Shown piece after piece: positions 38,381 to 48,818 of a DNA stretch of 64,000 nucleotides; the stretch's first letter is position 1; each line of letters begins with the position of its first letter. The notes under the pieces are model-generated. The model saw nothing but the letters and a program-made list of their open reading frames with translations. It did no database searches and was not told where the DNA came from. Location: positions 1-64,000 of the forward strand of contig CALSRO010000004.1 of assembly GCA_943788775.1 (NCBI GenBank), in the 5' to 3' direction. Source of the stretch: an uncultured Flavobacteriales bacterium (GTDB lineage: Bacteria; Bacteroidota; Bacteroidia; Flavobacteriales_G; Salibacteraceae). The position numbers were made by a program, and so were the translations under genes.

Positions 38381-39229
38381 ATGAAAGAGATCTCTGAAAT
38401 ACTTAACTATCAATTACTTGGATATCGAGACTTCCACTTGTCTTTGCTCGATTTGATCATTGTCATTGGTATTTTCTTTTTGACCTGGATAGGACTCAGA
38501 ATCTTTAAGCTTTTTGTCAATCGAGCGATTAAAAAGCGCCAGTGGATGGACAGGTCTTCGCTTTATGCACTGCACAAACTACTCTCCTATTTCGGATATA
38601 CGATCGCCATGCTTATTTCCCTCGAAACAGTGGGAATTGATGTAACGATTCTAATGGCGGGGTCTGCTGCTTTGCTGGTTGGGGTTGGCCTTGGAATTCA
38701 GCAAATATTCAATGACTTTACATCTGGAATTATTTTACTCTTTGGTGGTACCGTTCGTGTTGGTGACATTGTTGAATTTGATCAAACCGTAGGTCGAGTC
38801 ATTGAAATTGATTTCAGAACCAGTAAGATTAAAACCAGAGATGGCATAACCCTGATTGTGCCTAATAGTCATTTAGTATCGGATAACGTAATTAACTGGA
38901 CTGAAGGTGATAACCTGACACGATTCAATGTGGAGGTTGGAGTAGCTTATGGGTCAAACACTGAATTGGTTAAAACCATTCTAACCCAGGTAGCCGAGAC
39001 CCAAGAAGGCGTATCAAAAGATCGACCGGTTAGAGTACAATTCACCGATTTTGGAGACTCATCCCTAAATTTCAAGCTATTATTTTGGGCAGAAAACACT
39101 TGGGAAATCGAGTTTCTTAGAAGTGAAATGAGGTTTGAAATCGATCGTCTTTTCCGTGAGAATGGCGTGAGAATTCCTTTCCCGCAAAGGGATGTGCATT
39201 TTTTCCAAGAAGAAAGCAAGAAAGAATAA
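38381..39229 (+). CDS. Small-conductance mechanosensitive channel (MscS family)
   Basis: 282 aa. TM3-like GIQQIFNDFTSGIILLF plus beta-domain (VRVGDIVEFD...GRVIEIDFRTSKIKTRDG). Confidence 0.85.
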   Translation: MKEISEILNYQLLGYRDFHLSLLDLIIVIGIFFLTWIGLRIFKLFVNRAIKKRQWMDRSSLYALHKLLSYFGYTIAMLISLETVGIDVTILMAGSAALLVGVGLGIQQIFNDFTSGIILLFGGTVRVGDIVEFDQTVGRVIEIDFRTSKIKTRDGITLIVPNSHLVSDNVINWTEGDNLTRFNVEVGVAYGSNTELVKTILTQVAETQEGVSKDRPVRVQFTDFGDSSLNFKLLFWAENTWEIEFLRSEMRFEIDRLFRENGVRIPFPQRDVHFFQEESKKE

Positions 39230-39240
39230 TCCAAAAATCC

Positions 39241-39285
39241 CAAGGCAAATTCCTTGAGGATAATCTTAAAACACTCCGTGTTTTA
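39241..39285. terminator. Two small hairpins (CAAGG-caaatt-CCTTG and AAAACAC-tcc-GTGTTTT) between convergent mscS-family and T9SS-cargo genes
   Basis: Read from sequence. AT-rich, and the second hairpin overlaps the minus-strand stop codon. Confidence 0.25.
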
Positions 39286-40401
39286 TCTTACTATCTGCAA
39301 CTTCTCAAATTTCACATTGGCTCCTGCATCATTGGTTACTTGCAATAGAAATATCCCGCTTGACAAAGAAGTGAGATTAATACGTTCGACAGCAGAAGAG
39401 CTTCTCCCCTTCATTACAAGCTTAGCATCCACATCATAGATGGAATAGTTAAACCCACTTTCTAGGGCCGTTTCTACTTGAACAAAGTGTGTACTTGGGT
39501 TTGGGTAAATCTTCACGTTCCCATTAGCCGACTCATCGATACCTACAGGAGGGGTTGGCACAACCTTGGTATAAGACATATTCGAATCTGGATTACCATT
39601 TGTATCAATATCCACTTGAGCTACAAATAGATTGACCTTTTCATCATCAGTCCACCAACGATAAGTGCCATCTGTGGCAGTATCGCTGTAGTGATCATCA
39701 AAAAAGGTCAACATTAGAGTCGTAAATGGATGCCAATCACCATCGTAATAACAATCGTTGGTCACATCGATAATAGTCGAAGTTCTTTGGCGAATAGTCA
39801 TGAAGTTACCTTGTGGTAATTGCATTTCTCCCCATGCATCTATTTCATTGTGGAAACTTGCGACAAAAATAGTTCGGAGGGAATCGATATAAGGGTGAGG
39901 GCCAGCTCCATCAAAATCAATCCCTAATTCATCCGTTGTTGTGTCACTTAAAAACTGCGAGCTGAACGTGGTCCCCATTGTGGCCGGATATTGCATGAAG
40001 CGCCATGTTCCGTCTAATTCACCCTTCACTGGATCGCCAAGGCTATCGTATTCCACTAAACCAACTATATCGAGGTAAGTGGCTGTCTTCTTAAAGAACA
40101 AATGAATACTATCCTCATAAAGATCATTCGCCACGAAGTCCGCAGTTGGAAATAAGGCGTTTAGTGGAGCGGTGGACACTTCTTCTAAGATCACACCATC
40201 TGGCTTGTCTTCTGTAACCGAAGTGAAATCCCAAACTTGATTTCCCGCGGCCGATTCCATGTCTAAAAAGGCAGCATGAGTTGTGTCCTCGGCTAGAAAG
40301 ACCGTGTCGCCTAGATTAGCCATGGACATTCCATCAAAAGTAATTTGTGCAGAAATTCCTGTTGAAATGGCCATTACTGCGAGTAGTATTGGTTTTCTCA
40401 T
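39283..40401 (-). CDS. Secreted T9SS cargo protein (type A C-terminal sorting domain), function unknown
   Basis: 372 aa. Signal peptide; C-terminal KIYPNPSTHFVQVE...YSIYDVDAKLV...GIFLLQV. Confidence 0.8.
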   Translation of the reverse strand: MRKPILLAVMAISTGISAQITFDGMSMANLGDTVFLAEDTTHAAFLDMESAAGNQVWDFTSVTEDKPDGVILEEVSTAPLNALFPTADFVANDLYEDSIHLFFKKTATYLDIVGLVEYDSLGDPVKGELDGTWRFMQYPATMGTTFSSQFLSDTTTDELGIDFDGAGPHPYIDSLRTIFVASFHNEIDAWGEMQLPQGNFMTIRQRTSTIIDVTNDCYYDGDWHPFTTLMLTFFDDHYSDTATDGTYRWWTDDEKVNLFVAQVDIDTNGNPDSNMSYTKVVPTPPVGIDESANGNVKIYPNPSTHFVQVETALESGFNYSIYDVDAKLVMKGRSSSAVERINLTSLSSGIFLLQVTNDAGANVKFEKLQIVR

Positions 40402-40445
40402 AATCCGATTATTAATAATTAAATAAAACTAGTTGCTCTTTCAAC

Positions 40446-40474
40446 TTGTTCGCCCGCTTACACTTCTACTTTTG
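40446..40474 (+). promoter_or_regulatory. Bacteroidota sigma-A-type promoter: -33 TTG (40446-40448) and -7 TACTTTTG (40467-40474), 18-nt spacer, 18 nt upstream of the ALDH7 ATG
   Basis: Motif and spacing match the TTG-N17-23-TAnnTTTG consensus. Confidence 0.4.
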
Positions 40475-40492
40475 CGCAAATCAATGTGAACG

Positions 40493-42019
40493 ATGAAAGA
40501 TTTTCTAAAAGAACTTGGGCTAAACGAAAGCAATGAAGGAACCTCGACAGGACAAAACTGGATCTCATCCGATGGAATCCTTTTTGAATCATTCTCCCCT
40601 ACAGACGGTGAAAAGATAGGCGAAGTAAAGGGTAGTTCAAATGACAATTATCAGGCTGTTGTAGCACAAGCTGAAAAAGCTTTCGAAGAATGGCGTATGT
40701 GGCCCGCCCCAAAGCGTGGTGAAGTGGTCCGTCAAATTGGTGAAGCGCTTCGCGAAAAGAAAGATGTACTCGGAAAACTAGTCAGCTACGAAATGGGCAA
40801 AAGCCTTCAGGAAGGACTCGGTGAAGTTCAAGAAATGATCGACATCTGTGATTTTGCCGTTGGTCTTTCTAGACAGCTCCATGGCCTTACCATGCACAGC
40901 GAACGACCTATGCACCGCATGTATGAGCAATACCATCCGTTGGGTGTTGTTGGCATTATTTCAGCGTTTAACTTTCCTGTTGCCGTATGGGCTTGGAACA
41001 GCATGCTTGCTTGGATTTGCGGAGATGTTTGCATATGGAAACCATCTGAAAAAGTGACTTTGTGCGCAGTAGCATGTATGAATATCACCGCGGAAGTTTT
41101 CAAACGTAATAATGTTCCCGAAGGAGTTAATGGTCTTGTCGTGGGCGATTATAAGGTTGGAGAACTGATGACAAACGACAAACGTGTGGCTCTGATTTCA
41201 GCTACTGGCTCCATCCGAATGGGTAAAAAGGTCGGTGAAGCAGTTGGACGAAGGTTGGGTAAAACCATACTTGAACTTGGTGGCAATAACGCGATAATTA
41301 TCACTGAAAATGCTGACTTGAAAATTGCCATTCCAGGCATCGTGTTTGGTGCTGTTGGCACCTGCGGACAGCGATGTACCTCGACAAGAAGATTAATTAT
41401 CCACGAGTCGATGTATGATCAAATCCGCGACACTTTGATTAAGGCATATGGCCAACTGCGTATTGGAGATCCTCTTGATTCAAACAATCATGTCGGACCT
41501 CTGATTGATACGGATGCCGTGGCCATGTATTCAAAAGCGCTTGAAGAAGCTAAGCGACTTGGAGGAAAATTACTTGTTGAAGGTGGAGTTCTTGAAGGAG
41601 CTGGATATGAAAGCGGTTGTTATGTGAAGCCTACGATTGTAGAAGCGAAGAATGAGTGGGAAATTGTGCAAGAAGAAACATTTGCACCCATTTTATACTT
41701 GATGAAGTACTCCAATTTTGAAGAGGCGCTTCAAATTCAAAATGGTGTGAAGCAAGGTTTGAGTTCTGCTATCATGACAACCAACATGCGCGAAAGCGAA
41801 ATATTCCTGAGTCATAGAGGATCTGATTGTGGAATAGCGAACGTGAACATTGGAACGTCTGGAGCAGAAATTGGGGGCGCTTTTGGAGGAGAGAAAGAAA
41901 CTGGAGGTGGTCGCGAAAGTGGATCAGACGCTTGGAAAGCATACATGCGAAGACAGACAAACACGATCAATTGGAGTACCGAGTTGCCTTTAGCTCAGGG
42001 TATCAAATTTGATCTATAG
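40493..42019 (+). CDS. ALDH7-family aldehyde dehydrogenase (alpha-aminoadipic semialdehyde / piperideine-6-carboxylate dehydrogenase)
   Basis: 508 aa. N-terminal LGLNESNEGTSTGQNW and C-terminal GGEKETGGGRESGSDAWKAYMRRQTNTIN are typical of the antiquitin/AmaB family. Catalytic Cys (CGQRC) present. Confidence 0.85.
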   Translation: MKDFLKELGLNESNEGTSTGQNWISSDGILFESFSPTDGEKIGEVKGSSNDNYQAVVAQAEKAFEEWRMWPAPKRGEVVRQIGEALREKKDVLGKLVSYEMGKSLQEGLGEVQEMIDICDFAVGLSRQLHGLTMHSERPMHRMYEQYHPLGVVGIISAFNFPVAVWAWNSMLAWICGDVCIWKPSEKVTLCAVACMNITAEVFKRNNVPEGVNGLVVGDYKVGELMTNDKRVALISATGSIRMGKKVGEAVGRRLGKTILELGGNNAIIITENADLKIAIPGIVFGAVGTCGQRCTSTRRLIIHESMYDQIRDTLIKAYGQLRIGDPLDSNNHVGPLIDTDAVAMYSKALEEAKRLGGKLLVEGGVLEGAGYESGCYVKPTIVEAKNEWEIVQEETFAPILYLMKYSNFEEALQIQNGVKQGLSSAIMTTNMRESEIFLSHRGSDCGIANVNIGTSGAEIGGAFGGEKETGGGRESGSDAWKAYMRRQTNTINWSTELPLAQGIKFDL

Positions 42020-42022
42020 AAA

Positions 42023-42849
42023 TTATAAAGACAATTTGCCAGCGTTCAGAATTGGCGAGCCAACCCTTGCCGATTCTGTCGCGAAGGCAATGACTGTGTA
42101 TTCGCCTACATCAGATCTAAGGTTATCCGTATCAAAGATTACCGACCATCTACCTTCATGGCTTTCGATGTTCACCTCATCGCCTTCAAACCCAGAAAGA
42201 ACATGTCGAATAACGTTGGTATGCTCAAAACCTTCAATGTATTCGCCCTGCTCAAAGTATGGATGGTTTTCATCTTCATTACCATAGTTTCTTTGGTCAT
42301 AGCCTGTTCCTTCCCCTGTGACTAAGTCTTCAACGATCAAAACAGTGAGACCTATCGATTCTAACGACACATCGTTTGATTCGAGTAAAACATCAATAGT
42401 CAAATCTTGGGCATCTAGGTTCGTTTCTATTGTAACACCCAAATTAACCGCATCGCGTTCCACACCTTCCACCATTTCGTTCAATCGATCCATTCCAAAA
42501 TAAACTACGCCAGCATCGCCATTCACCCTTTGTATGAACGAAAGTGGTGTGTAAAGTGTCTTGTCTACTCTCTCAATGACATAGTCGGTGTACTCGTGAT
42601 GAAGCGGTCCAAAAAGGTAATGAGTAAGGTGCATTACATTTTCGTTGGTCGCTTCCAAGTTTTCAATTTCATAATGAGCCAATGGACATGCGCCACATGA
42701 AGTGCTGGTGAATGGTTCAAGTAATACCATTCTTTCAAACTCGATCGCACGAATGGTATCAGACGTTATGATTTCTAGCCTGTCTTCAACTGGTGATTTT
42801 CGCAGGCTACAGCAATTATCATCAACACCAATACCATCCAATTTTTCAT
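42023..42849 (-). pseudogene. Thioredoxin-like CxxC (SCGACP) lipoprotein, Omp28-like. The signal peptide and the body lie in different frames, so this is either a frameshifted gene or a sequencing indel
   Basis: ATG at 42849 encodes MKNWMVLVLMIIAVAC... (lipoprotein signal) and stops after 24 codons at 42775. The 272-aa body (42023..42841) is open in another frame that lacks a signal peptide. The shift lies near the homopolymer GCGAAAATC (about 42790-42800). Confidence 0.55.
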
Positions 42850-42989
42850 ACTATCAAATTTTCCTAAGAAAGACGAAGACCTGCTCTAGGACTTACATTA
42901 AACGATCATTGTTATAATCTGTTGCCAAGGAATCTATTTAATGAGAATATGAACAGATACAGAAACTTGTTTGTTTACTTCGTGCACGA

Positions 42990-43451
42990 ATGTCGATACT
43001 GATAAATACTATTTCGCTTGTTGCTGCTTTTTGCGCAATGGAAATCGTGGCTTGGGCTTCTCACAAATACATCATGCATGGGTTTGGCTGGGAAATTCAT
43101 AAAGATCATCATGTTCCTCACGATGGGATGTTTCAGCGAAACGACCTTTTCTTTCTACTATTCGCCATTCCCGCATTTTTGGCCGTTTTTTATGGAGCTT
43201 CCAATGGTCTTACTTGGTTGACTTCACTCGGTTTTGGAATCAGCGCTTATGGCTTTTGCTATTTTTTGGTGCATGATGTATTTATTCACCAACGATTTCC
43301 ATGGTTCAAGCGAACGGACAACGCTTATTTCCGAGCCATAAGAAAAGCTCATAAAATTCATCACAAATCCCAGTATAAAGAAGATGGTGAGTGTTTTGGG
43401 ATGTTGTTCGTGCCTTTCAAGTATTTTCGAGAAGCCCGACAAGTAAATTAG
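42990..43451 (+). CDS. crtZ: Beta-carotene 3-hydroxylase (fatty-acid hydroxylase superfamily)
   Basis: 153 aa. His boxes HKYIMH, HKDHH, HDVFIHQRFPW and HKIHH match CrtZ. Confidence 0.88.
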   Translation: MSILINTISLVAAFCAMEIVAWASHKYIMHGFGWEIHKDHHVPHDGMFQRNDLFFLLFAIPAFLAVFYGASNGLTWLTSLGFGISAYGFCYFLVHDVFIHQRFPWFKRTDNAYFRAIRKAHKIHHKSQYKEDGECFGMLFVPFKYFREARQVN

Positions 43452-43484
43452 GCGGCCATTAGTATTCCAGATCAATATCATTAC

Positions 43485-44165
43485 TTGCTCATCAACGTGC
43501 TGACCATTGCTTACCCGTTGGCTCAGAGTTATGAACATCGCTTGAAATTTTTGAAAAATTGGAAGGCCATTTTTACCTCTATGGCGATCGCGGGTGCTTT
43601 TTACCTCGCTTGGGATGAACTTTTCACACAACTCCAGGTTTGGGGTTTTAATGAGCGCTACTTGACAGGAGTCTACATTGGCCATCTGCCCATTGAAGAG
43701 TATGGATTTTTTATTACTGTTCCATTTGCTTGTCTATTTGTTTACGAAGTGCTAAACTATTTTATTAAAAAAGACATTTTAGGTCCATATCGTCATGCAA
43801 TTACTTGGTTTTTTCTGCTCGTCTCTATCATTCTTGGAACATTTTTATACCCGCGCATCTATTCTTCTGCGGCATTTTTCTTTTGCGCCATTCTCCTTTC
43901 TTACCAACTTTTTGTAGCAAAATCTATTTGGCTTGGCAGATTCTACTTAGCCTTCATAGTTTGCCTAATTCCCTTTACTGTAATGAATGGATGGCTTACA
44001 GGCAGCTTTACAGAAGAGCCCATCGTTTGGTACAACAATCTTGAAAATTCAGGAGTAAGAATGGGCACAATTCCATTGGAAGATTCGTTTTATCAGTTGA
44101 GTTTTATGCTCCTGATCGTTTCCATTTATGAAAGAGTTAAGTTAAGGAAGTCTTACCGCAGGTAA
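43485..44165 (+). CDS. Lycopene cyclase domain protein (fused heterodimeric CrtYcd type)
   Basis: 226 aa, 7 TM segments. Two copies of the conserved PhEE-type motif (LPIEEYGFF and IPLEDSFYQ) typical of lycopene cyclase domain proteins. Confidence 0.8.
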   Translation: MLINVLTIAYPLAQSYEHRLKFLKNWKAIFTSMAIAGAFYLAWDELFTQLQVWGFNERYLTGVYIGHLPIEEYGFFITVPFACLFVYEVLNYFIKKDILGPYRHAITWFFLLVSIILGTFLYPRIYSSAAFFFCAILLSYQLFVAKSIWLGRFYLAFIVCLIPFTVMNGWLTGSFTEEPIVWYNNLENSGVRMGTIPLEDSFYQLSFMLLIVSIYERVKLRKSYRR

Positions 44166-44204
44166 CCTATCTCATAACTTCACTACTTTTGGCGCTGCGA
44201 AAAT

Positions 44205-44621
44205 TTGCCACATATGAAGTATGCTATATTGATTGTTGCCCTTATCACAAGCTTAAATGCGGTTAGTCAAGACACTATAATGGTCTTTCAATCGTCAAAT
44301 GTGAACTTAAACCTTCAGGGTAAAAAGACCGAAAAAGTATTGGACGAACCAATATCAATACGCGTAGATCTAGAGGCCAACACATTGACCATTGAATCTA
44401 CAATGCCCGAAATCAAGGAGTTGTTTCGAAACAAAATGACTCAACCAATTGACTCAACCATGGGGAAAATGGGTGATGAGTTTAGCTTGACAATTGACAA
44501 AAACACGTTTGCACACTTCTATTTGGATGACAGAAAGCTAATCTTCTTTACTAGAAATGACATCCACCCATTAAAATGGGGTTTGATGCTAAAAGAAGTA
44601 ACAAGGATCGAGGAGGAATAA
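44205..44621 (+). CDS. Secreted hypothetical protein
   Basis: 138 aa. Signal peptide MKYAILIVALITSLNAVSQ. Confidence 0.45.
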   Translation: MPHMKYAILIVALITSLNAVSQDTIMVFQSSNVNLNLQGKKTEKVLDEPISIRVDLEANTLTIESTMPEIKELFRNKMTQPIDSTMGKMGDEFSLTIDKNTFAHFYLDDRKLIFFTRNDIHPLKWGLMLKEVTRIEEE

Positions 44622-45236
44622 TTAACCCCACCCCATTATTACAGGCAGGTAAACGGCTAAAAAGCCTGTACCCCATCCGAGATATATTTGAGGTAAGTTA
44701 TGTGACTCCAGTATATAGCGTGCCGAGCCCACTAAACCGCTCGCGAAAATCCCGAAGAGTATGTACCCCAAAAGGTTAATATCATATAGTTGGGACATTC
44801 CATAGATGGAAGCCGTGATCCCTCCCATACCAATCATGTGAATACTGATCTTGGTATAGAAATTTACGAGCAAGGCAATACCAACGGCCACGCTACTACC
44901 AAGAAATATAGAATAAATAATTTGCGCCATTGGTATATCCCGAAGCAACCAATAGTTGGTCAAATAAAAGAACAGAGCGAATGTGAATGGTATCACTCTA
45001 TCTTCCCTTGTGTCCAATTGAATTGAAGTGACCAACTTTTTCCATCTGAGTACAGCGGTGAACAGAAATGGAATGACGGCTGTATTAACGAATATCCAGC
45101 TTACTAGGAAGAACTGTTTGTCATGTGGAGTGGCGGCAGAAATGTATCCGTTCAATCCAAAAATTACCATCAATCCAAACGTTGGTAGGAATATCGGGTG
45201 AAATATATAGGACAATATGTGCGCAGAAACCCTCAA
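44622..45236 (-). CDS. Hypothetical polytopic membrane protein, co-directional with and overlapping the 3' end of rpoN by 4 nt
   Basis: 204 aa, about 6 TM segments. No family assigned. Confidence 0.5.
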   Translation of the reverse strand: MRVSAHILSYIFHPIFLPTFGLMVIFGLNGYISAATPHDKQFFLVSWIFVNTAVIPFLFTAVLRWKKLVTSIQLDTREDRVIPFTFALFFYLTNYWLLRDIPMAQIIYSIFLGSSVAVGIALLVNFYTKISIHMIGMGGITASIYGMSQLYDINLLGYILFGIFASGLVGSARYILESHNLPQIYLGWGTGFLAVYLPVIMGWG

Positions 45237-46693
45237 AGTTCTCTTCTCAATCTCGCCACTGGAATATCCAGTTGCTCACGATATTTAGCCACTGTTCTGC
45301 GGGCAATATTGTAACCTTTTGTTTTTAATTCTTTAGCTAGATTCTCGTCCGTCCAAGGTTTTTTCTTGTCCTCTGTCCCAATTAGATCTTGAAGGATTTT
45401 CTTTACCTCACGAGTGCTTACTTCTTCTCCATCATCATTGGTGAGTGATTCTGAAAAGAAGTATTTGACAGAAAACGTTCCGAAAGATGTTTGAATATAC
45501 TTGCTATTCGAAACACGACTGATGGTGCTGATATCCATATGCACGATATCTGCAATATCCTTTAAAATCATTGGCCTCAGGTTTGTTTCGTCACCTGTTC
45601 TAAAGTACTCAATTTGATAGTCAACGATGGCTTGCATTGTTCGTATCAAAGTATCATGGCGTTGTTTTATGGCATCAATAAACCAACGAGCGCTGTCTAA
45701 CTTCTGCTTAACAAACATCATAGCATCGCGTTGAGCCTTATTGGGCTCACCTTTGATTCTTGAAAAATCTTCAAGCATCTCGGCATACTTTTTACTCATT
45801 CGCAATTCAGGAACGTTTCGTCCATTGAGCATCACAACGAGTTCGTCACCCTCTGACACCAACTGAAAATCTGGAACCACTTGTTCCACAGGTCTCGCTG
45901 ATTCATTCATTGAGTTGCCCGGTTTCGGATTGAGGTTAACAATTTCTTCAATTGCATCCTTTAAGTCCTCATCTTCAATTTCGAGTCTGCTAGTAATTTT
46001 ATCGTAATGCTTTTTGACAAATTCATTATAGAACTTGTCGAGAATGACAGTAGCCGTCTTGATAGTCACCGTGGCTGGTTTCCGCCTAATTTGTAGTAAC
46101 AAACACTCTTGCAAATCGCGTGCTCCTATACCCGCAGGATCCATGTCTTGTATCTCGGTCTTTAATAAGTGCTCTACTTCCTCCTCAGACACCATTATAC
46201 TTTGAGTAAAGGCTAAGTCATCTGTAATCGCCATTATTCCTCTCCGCAAATAACCGCTATCATCCAAGCTTCCAATAAGATGCTCGCAAATGGCCATTTG
46301 CTTGTCGTTTAATGAACGCAGGTGCAACTGAGCGCTTAACCGATCATGAAACGTTGATGCCGAACCAATTGGCATCCTTTTATCGTCATCATCCTTGCTA
46401 TAATTATTTGCCTCGTATTTATAACCTGGTGTGTCATCATCGTCCATATAGTCGCTGAAATCGAACTCTTGTTCAGACTCACTCAACTCCTCGCCTATTT
46501 GATCATCAGTATCCGAATCATAATCTGATTCTTCATTGTCCTTTCCTTCCTCTAAGGCTGGATTAACCTCTATCTCCTCTTTGACTCTGGCCTCTAAGGC
46601 TTGTGTGGGCAATTGCAACATCTTCATTAATTGAATCTGTTGTGGACTCAACTTTTGGAGAAGTTTCTGCTCTAATGTTTGCTTCATTGCCAT
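45233..46693 (-). CDS. rpoN: RNA polymerase sigma-54 factor
   Basis: 486 aa. Acidic region II, core-binding and HTH regions, RpoN box ARRTVAKYRE near the C-terminus. Confidence 0.92.
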   Translation of the reverse strand: MAMKQTLEQKLLQKLSPQQIQLMKMLQLPTQALEARVKEEIEVNPALEEGKDNEESDYDSDTDDQIGEELSESEQEFDFSDYMDDDDTPGYKYEANNYSKDDDDKRMPIGSASTFHDRLSAQLHLRSLNDKQMAICEHLIGSLDDSGYLRRGIMAITDDLAFTQSIMVSEEEVEHLLKTEIQDMDPAGIGARDLQECLLLQIRRKPATVTIKTATVILDKFYNEFVKKHYDKITSRLEIEDEDLKDAIEEIVNLNPKPGNSMNESARPVEQVVPDFQLVSEGDELVVMLNGRNVPELRMSKKYAEMLEDFSRIKGEPNKAQRDAMMFVKQKLDSARWFIDAIKQRHDTLIRTMQAIVDYQIEYFRTGDETNLRPMILKDIADIVHMDISTISRVSNSKYIQTSFGTFSVKYFFSESLTNDDGEEVSTREVKKILQDLIGTEDKKKPWTDENLAKELKTKGYNIARRTVAKYREQLDIPVARLRREL

Positions 46694-46717
46694 AGCCGAA
46701 AAATAGAAAATGGATCG

Positions 46718-48139
46718 TTAAAACTCTGCGTTTTTTGGAGTACGTGGAAATGGGATCACGTCACGAATATTATTCATCCCTGTCACGAAGCTTATCAATC
46801 GTTCAAAACCTAAACCAAAACCACTATGCACGCAAGTTCCGAACTTTCTAGTGTCTAAATACCACCACATTGATTCTTCTTCAATATCAAACTCCTCGAT
46901 CTTCTTCTTTAACACGTCATATCGTTCTTCTCGTTGAGAACCGCCAACTATTTCACCAATTCCAGGGAAGAGAATATCCATGGCCCTCACCGTTTTGCCA
47001 TCATCGTTCAAACGCATATAAAATGCTTTGATCTTTGCTGGGTAATCATATAGTATAACCGGTTTTCCGAAGTGCTTTTCAACTAAATAACGCTCATGCT
47101 CGCTTTGCAAATCCGCACCCCACTCTTCAATGATGTAGTTGAATTTTTTCTTCTTATTTGGTTTTGAATTCTTCAATATCTCAATAGCCTCAGTATAGCT
47201 ACATCGAACAAATTCATTGTTGGCGACAAATTGTAATTTTTCAAGCAAAGGCATGGTTCGCTTGTCCTGAGGCAAACTCTTTTCTTCATCATCCTGTCTT
47301 TTGGCAAGTAACTCCAAATCCTCCGCACAATGCTCTAATGCATAATTGATAGTAAACTTCAAGCAATCTTCAGCCAAGGTCATATTGTCAAAAAGATCAT
47401 TAAACGCGACCTCTGGCTCAATCATCCAAAACTCCGCAAGATGACGCGTGGTGTTAGAATTTTCAGCCCTGAATGTTGGTCCAAACGTGTAAATCTTTCC
47501 CAACCCCATAGCGAAAAGCTCCCCTTCCAATTGACCTGAAACGGTCAGATTTGTTTCCTTTCCAAAGAAATCTTCTTTCCAGTTTACTTCCCCGTCATCT
47601 GTCTTAGGTAAGTTAATTGGATCGAGTGTAGAAACGCGAAACATTTCCCCGGCCCCTTCCGCATCAGAACCAGTTACTATAGGTGTATGAACCTGAAAAA
47701 AACCATTGTCATTGAAGTACTTATGAATGGCAAATTGCATAGCATGTCTCACGCGAAAGACAGCACCAAATGTTTGCGTGCGAGGTCGCAAATGAGCGAT
47801 CTCTCGTAAAAATTCGAGTGAATGTTTCTTTGGCTGTAGTGGGTATTCCTCCGGGTTGGCATCTCCAAGAATTTCGAGTTTATCGGCTATCAACTCCACT
47901 TTTTGACCTGCACCAAGTGATTCAGCAACTGAGCCCGATACGGCAATACAAGCTCCGGTGGTCACTCTTTTAAGCAATGCTTCATCCATTTGGTCAAAGT
48001 CGACTACTACCTGCAAGTTTTTTGAAGTGCTGCCATCATTCAATGCAATGAATCGGTTACTTCGAAAGGTTCGCACCCAGCCTTTTACCTCAATCTTTTC
48101 CCCAACAGGTTCGCTTAAAACAATTGATTTAATATCCAT
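46718..48139 (-). CDS. asnS: Asparagine--tRNA ligase
   Basis: 473 aa. N-terminal OB anticodon-binding domain; class IIb motifs including [21 protein letters not shown] and GGSQREER. Confidence 0.88.
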   Translation of the reverse strand: MDIKSIVLSEPVGEKIEVKGWVRTFRSNRFIALNDGSTSKNLQVVVDFDQMDEALLKRVTTGACIAVSGSVAESLGAGQKVELIADKLEILGDANPEEYPLQPKKHSLEFLREIAHLRPRTQTFGAVFRVRHAMQFAIHKYFNDNGFFQVHTPIVTGSDAEGAGEMFRVSTLDPINLPKTDDGEVNWKEDFFGKETNLTVSGQLEGELFAMGLGKIYTFGPTFRAENSNTTRHLAEFWMIEPEVAFNDLFDNMTLAEDCLKFTINYALEHCAEDLELLAKRQDDEEKSLPQDKRTMPLLEKLQFVANNEFVRCSYTEAIEILKNSKPNKKKKFNYIIEEWGADLQSEHERYLVEKHFGKPVILYDYPAKIKAFYMRLNDDGKTVRAMDILFPGIGEIVGGSQREERYDVLKKKIEEFDIEEESMWWYLDTRKFGTCVHSGFGLGFERLISFVTGMNNIRDVIPFPRTPKNAEF

Positions 48140-48193
48140 CGCACATCTTAATTAAGGCTGCAAAGGAAAGAAGTAAGATGAAATGATGGCGCG

Positions 48194-48733
48194 TTAATTG
48201 ACCCTGCGCATCCAAAATTGAGTTTCTGTGCGCTGATCTGCATTCAGTTCTTGCGAATACTGACCCCTAAATGCGCTTTCGGAAAGTATCTCAAAGGGAA
48301 TTTCAAGTATCGATTCCTCCAATTCTCTTTCAAAGTCCAACTCATCGAAGATTCTTAAAACCGAATCATTCGTCTCAAAATTCACTGAATACACCTCCCT
48401 TGTTACTACTCCACTAAAGTTGATGTAATTGAATACAAACCCCGTGTCATCATCACAATTCACCATCAAATCAAAAAAGTATGTAGGCCTTTTATTCACA
48501 AAAATGGTGTCGGTTGTATCGGTTCTGGTTGTGACCCAAACCGAATCGCTCTGCCATCGGCCCATTAAGGTGTCATTTACTAGGCAAAATTTTGCTTTTT
48601 CAGGATATGGGTTCTCAATGTCCACAATTCTCTCGCACGATAAAAATAAAACAGCCATTATCCCAAACACACCTAATCGAAGGACGCTTAAATTATCAGG
48701 TTTGGAAATTTTCATTTTACTCTTTATTGCCAT
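48194..48733 (-). CDS. Hypothetical lipoprotein
   Basis: 179 aa. Signal peptide with LFLSC lipobox. Confidence 0.45.
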   Translation of the reverse strand: MAIKSKMKISKPDNLSVLRLGVFGIMAVLFLSCERIVDIENPYPEKAKFCLVNDTLMGRWQSDSVWVTTRTDTTDTIFVNKRPTYFFDLMVNCDDDTGFVFNYINFSGVVTREVYSVNFETNDSVLRIFDELDFERELEESILEIPFEILSESAFRGQYSQELNADQRTETQFWMRRVN

Positions 48734-48818
48734 ACCGAAATATGTAACGCGAATTACTGCACAAAATTTCGAATTCCCGAATTTACTTCACGCCATGGAT
48801 ATGAATTAATCTTGCAAC

